Of a DNA stretch of 64,000 nucleotides, positions 17,350 through 27,200 are shown one piece after another (the stretch's first letter is position 1; each line of letters begins with the position of its first letter). The position numbers were made by a program, and so were the translations under genes. The notes under the pieces were generated by a model. That model saw only the letters and a list, made by a program, of their open reading frames with translations. It did not search any database and was not told where the DNA came from. Origin of the DNA: an uncultured Victivallaceae bacterium (GTDB taxonomy: Bacteria; Verrucomicrobiota; Lentisphaeria; Victivallales; GWF2-50-93); assembly GCA_964636325.1 (NCBI GenBank), contig CAZWRV010000011.1, positions 7,264-71,263 of the forward strand, given 5' to 3'.

Positions 17350-19926
17350 GTGGCGCCTGTCGCGTATGTCTTCGCCGGCGGGAAGGCCTACGTCCTCGAA
17401 CGCGAGAGGAACACCGTCCTGTGCATCGGCGGGTTCGATGATCTGGCGCATGGTCTGTGCCTTGAATCGGCCGCCAGGATCGAACCAGACGACAGCCAGT
17501 CCTACTACATGGTCAGGCAGATGTATCCGGGCCCTGGCGGCGGATTCGTCATATGCAGCTACGTTCATTCCAAGAAGACCAACACGCACGAGGGCTACCG
17601 CTTCAGCTTCTACAGGGATTTCAATTCGGCGCCGCAGGACATTTTCAAGGTCGTCTTCGGCAAGGACCTCAAGTTCTTCCCCGAATTCAAATACTGCTTC
17701 GACCGGGATGGGAACCATTACTTCGTCAACAATTATCCCGGCAGGAAGAACATCTTCAAGCTGCCCGCCTCGGCGGCCGGCGCCGTGATGGAGGGGATGG
17801 ACCTCCCCCCGGAAGTCGCCGAAATGGGCGAGCAGAACACCGACAAATCCTCATGGATGAGCGCCGCAATAGGCCAGGACGGCCGTATATACGTTTCCTC
17901 AGCCCTTTCCGGGAAGGTAGTGGAATATTCGCAGGACGGGAGACCCAGCAGGGAGATAGGAACCGTGGGTTTCGGGGAGGACGACATCCTCTCGCCCTCG
18001 GACATATTCTTCGTGGCCATGCCGGGCTCGAAGTCAAGCCTCCTTACAGTCGCGAGCGCCGGCTCAAGATCCTGGGTTCAGTTCGACTCCGAAGGCAGGC
18101 CTGCCGCTTCGTTCCGTCCGCTGGCGGAAGGCTATCCGTATCAGGACATCCTGGTCAAAAGGCTCTTCGAAGGCTGCGGCGCCTGCGCGCTTGCCTTCGA
18201 CCTCGCCAACAGGGCCGCGGTCAAATATGACGGCAGATATTCCGTATTTCCGTCGTTCCACGAAGCCCATCCGTTCAGGTTCGCCATGCTGGTGGCGGGA
18301 TCCCTCCTCCTTTCGCTGTTCCTGTGCTGCGGCGAGGGATGCTACAGGAAGATGGCCGGGCTCAGAATACCATTCTTCTTCAAGTTGCTGCTGGTAATCA
18401 TCCCGGTGCTCGTCGTCGGCTCACTCCTCATTGTCGGAACCTTCGCCAAGATACTGAACTCCGAGCTGAAGGCCGAGTGGGAAAGGCGGTCCGCCAACAT
18501 CGCGGTCGCCGTGGTCAGAAGCGTTTCCGTGGAGGATCTGGAGCAGCTGAGGAATCCGGAGGACCGCGACAGCAAGCTCTACGAAATAATATACAAGAAG
18601 GTCGACAACATCGCAGGGAAGACGGACGTCGAGTTCACTCCAAAGTGGATCATCCACAAGATTTCGGGCAGCAAGTACTTCTTCGGCGTCAACATTTGGA
18701 AGGGGCCCCTCTTCGAACCGTTCATAGTGCCAAGGGACAGGGACATGTTCATCAAGGTCCTCAAGGAGAAGAAGCCCCAGTTCGGCTCTTTCATCGACGA
18801 CCAGGGCGAATGGTACAGCTACCTCCATCCTATACAGAACAAGAACGGCGTCGTCGTAAATGTCCTTGAGCTATACCGTCCGACGGAAATGCTGGACAGA
18901 GTCGTCCACAGGCTGGAGAAGAAGGTATGGATCACGATACTGTCCATATCCGCGGTCGGCGCGCTGATACTGCTGGCGTTCTCCTTCTTCTTCACCTATC
19001 CGCTGCGGAAGCTTATCGCCGGCACGAAGACACTGAGCACGGGCAACTTCGACTGCCAGATCAAGCTGGCCACAAACGACGAGATGGGCGACCTGGCCAA
19101 GGCCTTCAACACCATGGCGGTAGACCTAAAGAACTTCACCAGGGATCTCGCCGAAACCACCGCGCGAAAGGAGAAGATCGAGAGCGAGCTGCGCATCGCG
19201 CACGACATACAGATGAGCATCGTCCCCCATACGTTCCCTCCGTTCCCCGAGCGCCAGGAGTTCGATATCTACGCCGTGCTCTATCCGGCCAGGGAGGTGG
19301 GCGGAGACCTCTACGACTTCTTCTTCATCGACAAGGATCATCTCTGCTTCGCCGTCGGGGACGTAGCCGACAAAGGAGTCCCGGCGTCGCTATTCATGGC
19401 CGTCACCCGCACTCTGCTCAGGGCCAAGGCGTCTTATCCGGACGATCCCGGCAGAGTGATCACCCAGATGAACACGGAACTGAGCATCGACAACACGACC
19501 GTCATGTTCGTCACATTCCTTTTCGTGATACTTGACGTGGCGACAGGGGAGATATGCTTCTGCAACGCCGGGCACAACCCGATGTTCGTCCGCAGGAAAG
19601 GCGGCACCGTCGAAAAGGTCGGCAAGATACACGGGATGCCTCTCGGAGTTGCCGCGCTTGCCGGATACGGCTTCGACAGGCTTCTCCTCGCACCCGGCGA
19701 CTCGGTGATACTCTACACGGACGGAGTCACGGAGGCACTCGGCGACAACTGGGAGCTGTTCGGCGACAAGAGGCTCACCGACTCAATATCCCAGACCGCT
19801 GGCCTGTCCGCCGAGGAAACCGTTAAAAGGATACATTCCGACGTCGGAGCCTTCATCAAGGACAACGAACCCTCCGACGACATCACCATCCTTGCGCTCA
19901 GATACCATGGCGCCGCGGAGCGGTAA
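17350..19926 (+). CDS. membrane sensor with HAMP domain and PP2C/SpoIIE serine phosphatase (RsbU-like)
   Basis: N-terminal beta-propeller-like region, TM segments, HAMP (PLRKLIAGTKTLSTGNFDCQIKLATNDEMGDLAKAFNTM), and PP2C block (REVGGDLYDFF...GDVADKGVPASLFM...TDGVTEA). The GTG start at 17350 is doubtful (see findings). Confidence 0.8.
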   Translation: MAPVAYVFAGGKAYVLERERNTVLCIGGFDDLAHGLCLESAARIEPDDSQSYYMVRQMYPGPGGGFVICSYVHSKKTNTHEGYRFSFYRDFNSAPQDIFKVVFGKDLKFFPEFKYCFDRDGNHYFVNNYPGRKNIFKLPASAAGAVMEGMDLPPEVAEMGEQNTDKSSWMSAAIGQDGRIYVSSALSGKVVEYSQDGRPSREIGTVGFGEDDILSPSDIFFVAMPGSKSSLLTVASAGSRSWVQFDSEGRPAASFRPLAEGYPYQDILVKRLFEGCGACALAFDLANRAAVKYDGRYSVFPSFHEAHPFRFAMLVAGSLLLSLFLCCGEGCYRKMAGLRIPFFFKLLLVIIPVLVVGSLLIVGTFAKILNSELKAEWERRSANIAVAVVRSVSVEDLEQLRNPEDRDSKLYEIIYKKVDNIAGKTDVEFTPKWIIHKISGSKYFFGVNIWKGPLFEPFIVPRDRDMFIKVLKEKKPQFGSFIDDQGEWYSYLHPIQNKNGVVVNVLELYRPTEMLDRVVHRLEKKVWITILSISAVGALILLAFSFFFTYPLRKLIAGTKTLSTGNFDCQIKLATNDEMGDLAKAFNTMAVDLKNFTRDLAETTARKEKIESELRIAHDIQMSIVPHTFPPFPERQEFDIYAVLYPAREVGGDLYDFFFIDKDHLCFAVGDVADKGVPASLFMAVTRTLLRAKASYPDDPGRVITQMNTELSIDNTTVMFVTFLFVILDVATGEICFCNAGHNPMFVRRKGGTVEKVGKIHGMPLGVAALAGYGFDRLLLAPGDSVILYTDGVTEALGDNWELFGDKRLTDSISQTAGLSAEETVKRIHSDVGAFIKDNEPSDDITILALRYHGAAER

Positions 19927-20029
19927 ATGCCCGAATTATCCGGCTGCCGTCCTTTGCACACTGGATTGCAGGAGTTAGTTTAAAGGTCAACTTCAGGCAA
20001 CCTGCAATCATAGCCCGGGACAGCGAGGC

Positions 20030-21157
20030 ATGGCAAAATCCAAGCTTTCAATCTGGAAAAAAGTCTTCTTTTCAGGAGTAATACTGGCAGTCCTTTTCGG
20101 GCTTTCAGCGGCGCTTTATCTGGCATTTGTCGCATACCGCTGCAGGGACTTCTACGGAAGCCGCAACAGATGGTCAGGCGCTCCTTATCGGACAGATGGC
20201 GAATACGGATTCCTCCCCAATCCCGGCCAGCTCTCACACCATAAGATACAATACGGCGACGACGTCCCTGTCCTCTTCGACAGCCGTGGCTTCCGCATTC
20301 CCGCCGACAATTCGCTTAGCCAGGATGGAAGACGTCCGCTCATTCTTTTCCTCGGATGTTCGTTCACCCATGGCTACGGCGTGCCTCAGGAGAGGACGTT
20401 CTCATATCTCGCGGCCGACAAGCTCGGAGGCTGCGCCCTGAACGCGGGAGTCAGCGGCTGGGGCTACGCCCAAATTCTGTTGAGGGCCAGGAAGCTGATT
20501 CCGGAACTGAAGCCGGACATTGTCGTCCTTCAGTATTCGCCATGGCTCGTGAACAGGGCACAGAAGGTCTACGCCCCCACAAACTGGGCCAGAACTCCCG
20601 TCCCGTATTTCTTCGAGAGATCGGGCCGTATCGGCATTCAACCGCCTGCATTCGTCTCCTATAACCTCACGCCCTTCGCCTCGCTGGGCGGCGAGAGCGT
20701 GTCGTTCTCCAGGTTCGTCCTGAACTATGGACTCCCCCTCTATTTGCACGATGATTGGCATGGTCTGGCGACCGGCGCCAAGAGAATCATGCGCATGCTG
20801 CCTCCGCCCTGTGAAAACCGCCGGCTGATTATTAAGGAGGTGGTGGACGAGGTAGGGGACCTCTGCAAAAAGAACAATGCCAAGCTGCTGGTTCTGAAGC
20901 TCTTCAGCAACTACGGGGACGACATCGACAAGGACGACCTTTCCGCCGTCAAGTGCGAGATCGTCGACAGCTATCCGGCCCTGGTCGCCGGAATCTCCGA
21001 GAAGACCAAGGATGTCTGGCGCAGGGAATACATGATATGGAGGGGAACCCCTGTAAAATTGGTTGACGACCACCCGAACGAAAAGGCGCATGAAATCATC
21101 GCGGCTGAAATAGCGAGGAAAATCAGGGAGATGAGCAAGGAGGACGAGGGAAAATGA
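20030..21157 (+). CDS. membrane-anchored SGNH/GDSL-like hydrolase
   Basis: N-terminal TM helix. Block I-like LILFLGCSFTHGYGV (Cys where the usual Asp of GDS sits) and block V-like DDHPNEKAHEIIA (DxxH). Confidence 0.45.
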   Translation: MAKSKLSIWKKVFFSGVILAVLFGLSAALYLAFVAYRCRDFYGSRNRWSGAPYRTDGEYGFLPNPGQLSHHKIQYGDDVPVLFDSRGFRIPADNSLSQDGRRPLILFLGCSFTHGYGVPQERTFSYLAADKLGGCALNAGVSGWGYAQILLRARKLIPELKPDIVVLQYSPWLVNRAQKVYAPTNWARTPVPYFFERSGRIGIQPPAFVSYNLTPFASLGGESVSFSRFVLNYGLPLYLHDDWHGLATGAKRIMRMLPPPCENRRLIIKEVVDEVGDLCKKNNAKLLVLKLFSNYGDDIDKDDLSAVKCEIVDSYPALVAGISEKTKDVWRREYMIWRGTPVKLVDDHPNEKAHEIIAAEIARKIREMSKEDEGK

Positions 21158-21909
21158 AATACACCATAGACGAGATGCGCTACTTTCTCAAGGACAGCGT
21201 CAGGAAGGCCTTTGACTTCTCAACAACGGCGCAGAGCAGGGGGCTCCCGCCTCCTCCGATCCAGAAACCGTGCGACCCTAAGGCAGTAAAGACGGTTCTT
21301 CCGGACTGGAAGAAGCTCCCCGGCGTATCGGCGACCTCCCTGGCGGACGCGATCGGCAGGCGCGAGAGCCGCAGGAATTTTTCCGGGAAACCCCTGGCTC
21401 TCGATGAGCTTTCATTTCTCCTGTGGGCGACCCAGGGAATCCGGAAGAAGCTCCCGTCCGGCCACGCGCTGCGCACAGTGCCTTCCGCCGGTGCCAGGCA
21501 TTCTTTCGAGACTTACCTTTGCGTCTTCAATGTGGAAGGCCTTTCCGAAGGCATCTATCGTTATCTCCCGCTGGACCATTCGCTTGCGCATCTAGTGTCG
21601 CCGAAAAACTTCGCTGCCAGGACTTCCGAGGCCGCGTTCGGGCAGGGGTTCGCCGCTGACTGCGCCGCGACGTTCGTCTGGACAACCGTCCCCGAGCGGA
21701 TGGAATGGCGCTACGGACTCGCCGCGCACCGGGTTATAGCTCTGGACGCAGGCCACGTATGCCAGAACCTCTACCTCGCCTGCGAGGCGATAGGCGCAGG
21801 GACATGCGCAATCGCCGCGTACGACCAGGACTTAGTAGACAAACTCATCGGCGTCGACGGCAAGGACGAATTCACAGTCTACATGGCACCCGTCGGGAAG
21901 ATGAAGTGA
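21154..21909 (+). CDS. SagB-type dehydrogenase / nitroreductase-family protein
   Basis: RRESRRNFSGKPLALDELSFLLWATQGI...VPSAGARHSFETYL...GIYRYLP pattern. ATGA overlap with the upstream gene. Confidence 0.7.
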   Translation: MKYTIDEMRYFLKDSVRKAFDFSTTAQSRGLPPPPIQKPCDPKAVKTVLPDWKKLPGVSATSLADAIGRRESRRNFSGKPLALDELSFLLWATQGIRKKLPSGHALRTVPSAGARHSFETYLCVFNVEGLSEGIYRYLPLDHSLAHLVSPKNFAARTSEAAFGQGFAADCAATFVWTTVPERMEWRYGLAAHRVIALDAGHVCQNLYLACEAIGAGTCAIAAYDQDLVDKLIGVDGKDEFTVYMAPVGKMK

Positions 21910-21945
21910 TGGATATACTCCGTTAGGCTGAAAAATTTACATTTT

Positions 21946-22094
21946 GATTGCGGAGATTCCGGGAATTGCTCCGTGTTCTGAGAGGCCGCCGATACCGGGG
22001 TATCGAAGGCACTCGAAGGGCGCGGAGCAAAACCGAAAGACCGCAATCCGTCAGGACGGACGAGAATCTCCGGAGTGCGCAAGCTTGCTTGCGC
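21946..22094 (+). promoter_or_regulatory. structured 5' leader / candidate cis-regulatory RNA upstream of 22131
   Basis: Nested helices 21951-21959/22064-22072 (9 bp) and 21966-21973/22023-22030 (8 bp). Hairpins at 21991-22004, 22047-22060 and 22077-22094. Competing 8-bp pairing 21946-21953/22041-22048. Confidence 0.3.
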
Positions 22095-22130
22095 CGCAGG
22101 ATACCAATCGAAAGGGTTTGAGCTTGAGAA

Positions 22131-23207
22131 ATGAATTCCTCTGTGATAAAAGTGGTTGAAGATTCGCTGGCCGCGTTCGCCAAGGATGCGCCTCTGATGC
22201 TGCCGCAGACCGAGGAAATCGCCGGAAGACTTGCGCACGGCGGAAGCTTGTTCCTCTCAGGTAGTCCGGGCCTGGTCTCGGAATTCAGCCGCAGGGCAGG
22301 GGGGCTGATGATGGTGCAAATTCTGAAGGCGGGCAGCCTGCCTGGGGCGGGGGACGTCGTTATGGAATTCCTACAGCAAGATCAGACTTGCGTTTCCCCT
22401 CCGTCCGGCGGACCATCCCTCAAGATCGGCATTGACGCTTTTCCTGGTCGCCCGGACAGCCTGAAGGTCTCGTTTTCTGCGAAGTTCGCAGGAATCTCGA
22501 GTCCGCTTGCGACCTCGGCCGCAGGATGGATATTCTTCGGGGAACTGATAGCGGCCCTGACTCGGCTCGGCAGAATGCCCGTCATATATCAGAGCGTGGG
22601 CATGTATGACGGCTGGCCGAGGATACACAAGTATGGGACTGGAAAGATTTCCTTCCATGACAAGCACGGGGTGCCGCCGGTAGAACCCTGTCTGCTCGCC
22701 GGCAGGTATGCCGGCGCTGTGAAGGGAATGCTTGAGAGGTTTCAAGAAAGAGAGCGGCGCAAGCTGGATATCCTCGGTGAATGGCTCCGCGAGGCCGGCA
22801 CTGCAGGGAAGCGCCGCTTCATGTACGGCATGGGGCACCTGGTCCCATACGAGGTCGAAAGCCCGGAGATGAAAAAGTTTTTTGAAACCGGCAAGTGGAA
22901 TGCCGGTTTCAATAATCCCCAGGGGGCTGATGATGCTTTCGTTTCCGGAGACCTGCTCGTCCACATAGGCTACCAGCTCCCCCCGGCGACACTCCTTGAA
23001 AAGCTTAAAAAGGCCGGAGCTAGGGCGGCATATCTGTCGCTGCACTGCGATAGGGACTTCGCGGACGATCCGGAAGTCCTATGGTTCGATCCAATGTGGC
23101 CATGGTCGGACGCATGTATACCCTTGGACGGGTACGACATCCCGATACTGGCCTCGTCCGGCGTCGTAAATTCCGCCATCGCGTGGGAGATAAGGCGGAT
23201 GCTCTGA
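22131..23207 (+). CDS. hypothetical protein (two Rossmann-like halves?)
   Basis: 358-aa ORF with ATG start. No confident motif; GGSLFLSGSPG is loosely SIS-like. Confidence 0.5.
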   Translation: MNSSVIKVVEDSLAAFAKDAPLMLPQTEEIAGRLAHGGSLFLSGSPGLVSEFSRRAGGLMMVQILKAGSLPGAGDVVMEFLQQDQTCVSPPSGGPSLKIGIDAFPGRPDSLKVSFSAKFAGISSPLATSAAGWIFFGELIAALTRLGRMPVIYQSVGMYDGWPRIHKYGTGKISFHDKHGVPPVEPCLLAGRYAGAVKGMLERFQERERRKLDILGEWLREAGTAGKRRFMYGMGHLVPYEVESPEMKKFFETGKWNAGFNNPQGADDAFVSGDLLVHIGYQLPPATLLEKLKKAGARAAYLSLHCDRDFADDPEVLWFDPMWPWSDACIPLDGYDIPILASSGVVNSAIAWEIRRML

Positions 23208-23307
23208 AAGAAATAATTCCGGATTGAAAAATCATAAGGTGCGAATTATATTTCTATACCTTGATGAACGGAATTATTTTTATCAATTTTAATTTTCCGT
23301 TGCCGCC

Positions 23308-24009
23308 ATGAAAGATCGCCATTTCACCCTTATCGAACTTTTGGTGGTGATTGCGATAATCGCAATCCTTGCGGCGATGCTGCTTCCGGCGCTCAACAGC
23401 GCCAGGGACATGGCGCGCCAGTCAATCTGCATCGCCAACCAGAAGCAGATCATCCTCTCATGCTTCAGCTATGCGAACGACTACTGCGACTACATGCCGC
23501 CGAGCCATTCCGGCTCCATGAACGACTGGGGTGACGGAGTGACGATGGAATTCATCTACCAGATCGGCATGCTCGTCCATGTGGGACTTATCCCGGCGAA
23601 GGCCGAGCTCGTGAACTGCCCCGGCCGCACTCCGATCTGGAGCGGATCCGGCTACTGGGGTCAGCGGGTATGCGGCTACGCACTGCTGTATCCGGCGCAG
23701 TATGGATCCGACTACAACATCTACACCTTGCGCCAGGCGATGAAGGCACCGATGCCGATAGCGAACGCGTCATACTGGCTGAAATATCCGCTGGCCTGCT
23801 ACGTCGCCGACGATCCCAGTCCCGTATCCGCCATGCTCCAGGATATTCCGCACAAGGCCAGGGGCGTGGTCCGTTCGGGCATTGACGGCTCCACCGGATT
23901 CTTCAAGTCCGATCCGAGGACATGGCAGGGCTATTCCTGGGCCTTGAGCCCTCCGAGGGGCAACAACTACTTCTTCAGCATGAGCTGGAAGACAATAAAC
24001 GACCAGTGA
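23308..24009 (+). CDS. prepilin-type N-terminal cleavage/methylation domain protein (H-X9-DG-like pseudopilin family)
   Basis: [33 protein letters not shown] is the classic type IV prepilin leader plus hydrophobic helix. A C-terminal H-x10-DG ([13 protein letters not shown]) resembles the PVC-typical family. Confidence 0.8.
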   Translation: MKDRHFTLIELLVVIAIIAILAAMLLPALNSARDMARQSICIANQKQIILSCFSYANDYCDYMPPSHSGSMNDWGDGVTMEFIYQIGMLVHVGLIPAKAELVNCPGRTPIWSGSGYWGQRVCGYALLYPAQYGSDYNIYTLRQAMKAPMPIANASYWLKYPLACYVADDPSPVSAMLQDIPHKARGVVRSGIDGSTGFFKSDPRTWQGYSWALSPPRGNNYFFSMSWKTINDQ

Positions 24010-24023
24010 TGGGACAGGCTAAA

Positions 24024-24197
24024 GCGAGCTTCGCTCGCAACCCAAAATACCAAGCTCCAAATTCCAAATCACAAATAAAATTCCAATATGCAAGTTCCAA
24101 ACACCGCAATTCAAAGTTTGGATTTTCATATTTGGGATTTGAGATTTATCTGGAATTTGGTGCTTGGAGCTTGGTGTTTGTAAACGTTTAAAACATA
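24024..24197. repeat. ~175-nt CCAAA/TTTGG-rich quasi-palindromic intergenic element, copy A
   Basis: Starts with GC hairpin gcgagc-ttc-gctcgc right after the stop codon, then imperfect inverted arms. About 80% alignable by eye to copy B (28750-28923). Confidence 0.75.
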
Positions 24198-24229
24198 ACA
24201 GCCTAAGACATACACATTTAAGCCAGTCC

Positions 24230-27200
24230 CTACTTCTCCTTATTCCGGATTTGCCTTGCCGCGTGCCGGGCCGCCTCCCGAACGTCCATGCTCTGGTCCG
24301 TCCGCGCCATCTTTTCAATATCGGAAAGAAATTCCGTCGCATGCATGAACACCAGCGCTCCGACAGTGAAACCACGGTACGTCTCATCAGGACAGTGAAG
24401 GGTATACTTAAGTGAAGAAATCCCTTCTCCCGCACACATTCTTTTCGCCAGTCTGCGTATTTCGCGATCCTCGTCGTCCTTGAGTGCCTCGAGCTCCTTC
24501 ATCGCCTCGGCCGTGCCCAGGCGTAGCAGTGCGCATGCCGCGACAAAGCGATCCCACGAACCATGAGAACCCAAATATTTCTTCAGCACCGGGATGGACT
24601 GCGGGTGGCTGCGGCCCATGAATGCAAGCGTGCAGGCGGCCGCGAGATCGGCATTGTCTTCATTGGATTTCTCGTCCAATCCCCTCCGGGAAAGCAGCGC
24701 CTCAAGATTCGGGATGGAGCGGGGATCGCGGATTTTCGCCATAGCAAATCCGGCCGCTGCGGCCGCAAAGCTCTCCTGCGGATTGAGGTCCAAGGACGCG
24801 GCCAGGAAGTCCGTCGCACGCGGATCGCCCAAATTCCCGAATGTGACGCATAGGTCATAGATGAGGTTGTCGGGCGCGTGCTCCGCATAGGCGAGCAGCG
24901 GCGCCACCGCCTGCGGGTTTCCAATCTCGCCTAGCGCATCGATAATGTTTCCCTGGATATTCTTGTATTTCCCGTCCACAAGCATCTTGAGTAGAATCGG
25001 GACACTGTCGGTGTTGCCCATCGTTCCAAGTGCGGATATCACGCCGACGAGCAATTCCGCATCCGTCTCGTCCAGCGCATTGACAAGGAACTCATAGGCA
25101 TCCGGACAGTCAAAGCTGCCAAGGGCTTTTGCCGCAGCGACTTTTACAACTTTTATCGGATCGTTCTTGAAGACTGACATTAGGACGGGGACGGCCTCAT
25201 TACGGCCGGTCTTGCCGAGCGCCTCTACAGCCATCCCTCTGACTTGCCACCTGGGATCCTTGAGCGTCTCCACAAGAACCTTGTGCGCGGCAGGATCGTT
25301 GAAGTTGCCGATCGCGTCCAAGGCATCCTCCCTGATCTCGCTGTCGAGATTGTCGGCGTAAAGCGAAAGTATCGCCGGAAGCATGTCCGCCTCGCATCTC
25401 TGCACCAGTGACTTGATAGCCAAACGTCTGATGTACAAATCTCCGTCCCCCAGCGCAGCGACCAGAATATCCTTAGCCTCACCATTGTTGAATATCCCGA
25501 TGAGCCTCAACGCATCCCTCCTTAACGACCTGTCGGTTGCAGTATTGAAGACAGATATGAGATTGGGTAGGAATGAGTCGTCGCCCCTGTTTCCTATGAG
25601 CCTCAGAGCATCCTTGCGGATTTCCATGTCATCATCCGTCAACGCTTTGCACAACATATCACGGGCCCGATCGCCGAGGATGCCTGCTAGGGCACGGAAG
25701 GCATCTAGCCTTACGCTTGGGTCTGGTTCCTTCTCGAATGCCAGCTTCAAGGATGCGGCCGCGGAATCGCCGCCGATTTTTCCGAGCGCGTTCGCCGCCG
25801 TCCGGCGCCTGTATGAATCCACGTCTTCTGGCGTGGATTTGCCGGGATTTTTTATGGCTGATAGCAGAATCTTTGTAAGGAACGGCTCAGTTTCCGGGTC
25901 GGCGATCACTTCCAATAACTCAACGAGCTGGGATTGAGCCTGCTCCTGCTTGTCGCCGATTCTGGAAATGAAATCCTTAAGAAAAGGTTTCACCGCCTTT
26001 TTGTCTATCTGGACCAGCGACCGCATGGCATGGAGCTTGATGCTGTCCGGATGGTCGCCGCGAATGATTTCCTCAAGCAGGGATACGGTTTCAGGCCTCT
26101 TGAAACTTCCGAGCATTGAAATGGCCGGATTCGACGAGATGTCCTTTCCGTTCCTCAGGGACTCGCTCAAAATCTCAAAGGCTTCGTCGGTCTGGAACTT
26201 CCCTATGCTTGCGATGAGATGATAACGGAGATACTTGTGCTGAGGCGAATCCAACAGTTTTTTCAATTCAGGAATAATGGCCGCGCCTTTTATGTCTGTC
26301 AGCGCGTCAAAGACGGCTTCAAGAAGCCGGTCCTCATCCCTTGTCCTATCTTGCCGTGCTGAATCATCGTCCTTCCGAGCCTCGAGGAATGCGAGCAGTT
26401 CCGGCACGGCTTTCTCCGAGCGGATTCTTCCAAGTATCCTCACGGCGTAATACCGAACCCCGGGATTCTTTTCATTCTTGAACGCGGAAATGACATTTTC
26501 GACGCCGCCCGCGTCCAGAACTGCGGGATCTCGGAAGATTGTTTCGAGGACTGACTCCCTGATTTTCGGATTGGGATCGTCTTTCAGGAACCCAAGCAGG
26601 ATGGGGAGGCAAGTCCGGCATTTTTCACCGTAAAGACTTCCTATAAGGCTTGAGCGGACTTCCGGGGCGGAATCGTCCTTCAGTATGCCGGCGAGAAGGT
26701 TCCGGACGCTGTCGTCGATATCAACATTTGAGGCGATGACGCTGACAAGACTGCATCTCACCCTTGTGTCACCCTCGCTTTCAAGCGCCTCGAGCAAGGT
26801 GCGGGATATCGACGGATCTACCAGGCGCGGACCGGGCAAGGAAACAAGAGAATGGACGAGGGCGCTTCTCACCTCGGGATCCGGATCGTTCTTCAACGAT
26901 GAAAGCATCTGCGGCAGGGCGCCCATCTCTATGAACGAATAAAGGTAGGTGGCTATGTGGGAGCGGACTTCCGGCGAACTGTCACTCCTGAGCGCCTTGA
27001 TCAATGCCGGAAGGGAACTTGGAGACTCAAGGATCACAATTGATCCTGCCGCGCAGGCGCGTATTCTCGACTCGGGATCGTTGAGCAGCGCCTCTTCCAG
27101 CGCCGGAAGCGCCTTGGGGCTGGCAAGTTCGCCGAGGACCCCGGCGCAGAAAAGCCGAACGACCAGCCTGTTGTGAGGCTTGAGTCTCTTAGCCAGGATT

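Noticed and set aside
21978-21983. CTGAGA in the structured leader as a TPP riboswitch core
   Set aside because: The remaining conserved TPP elements (the ACCTGATCTGGATAATGCCAGCG-type pyrimidine sensor helix) are absent.
24019-24435. 138-aa minus-strand ORF and 89-aa plus-strand ORF across 23922-24435
   Set aside because: They span the CCAAA/TTTGG quasi-palindrome and the 3' end of the HEAT-repeat gene, and are low-complexity artefacts.
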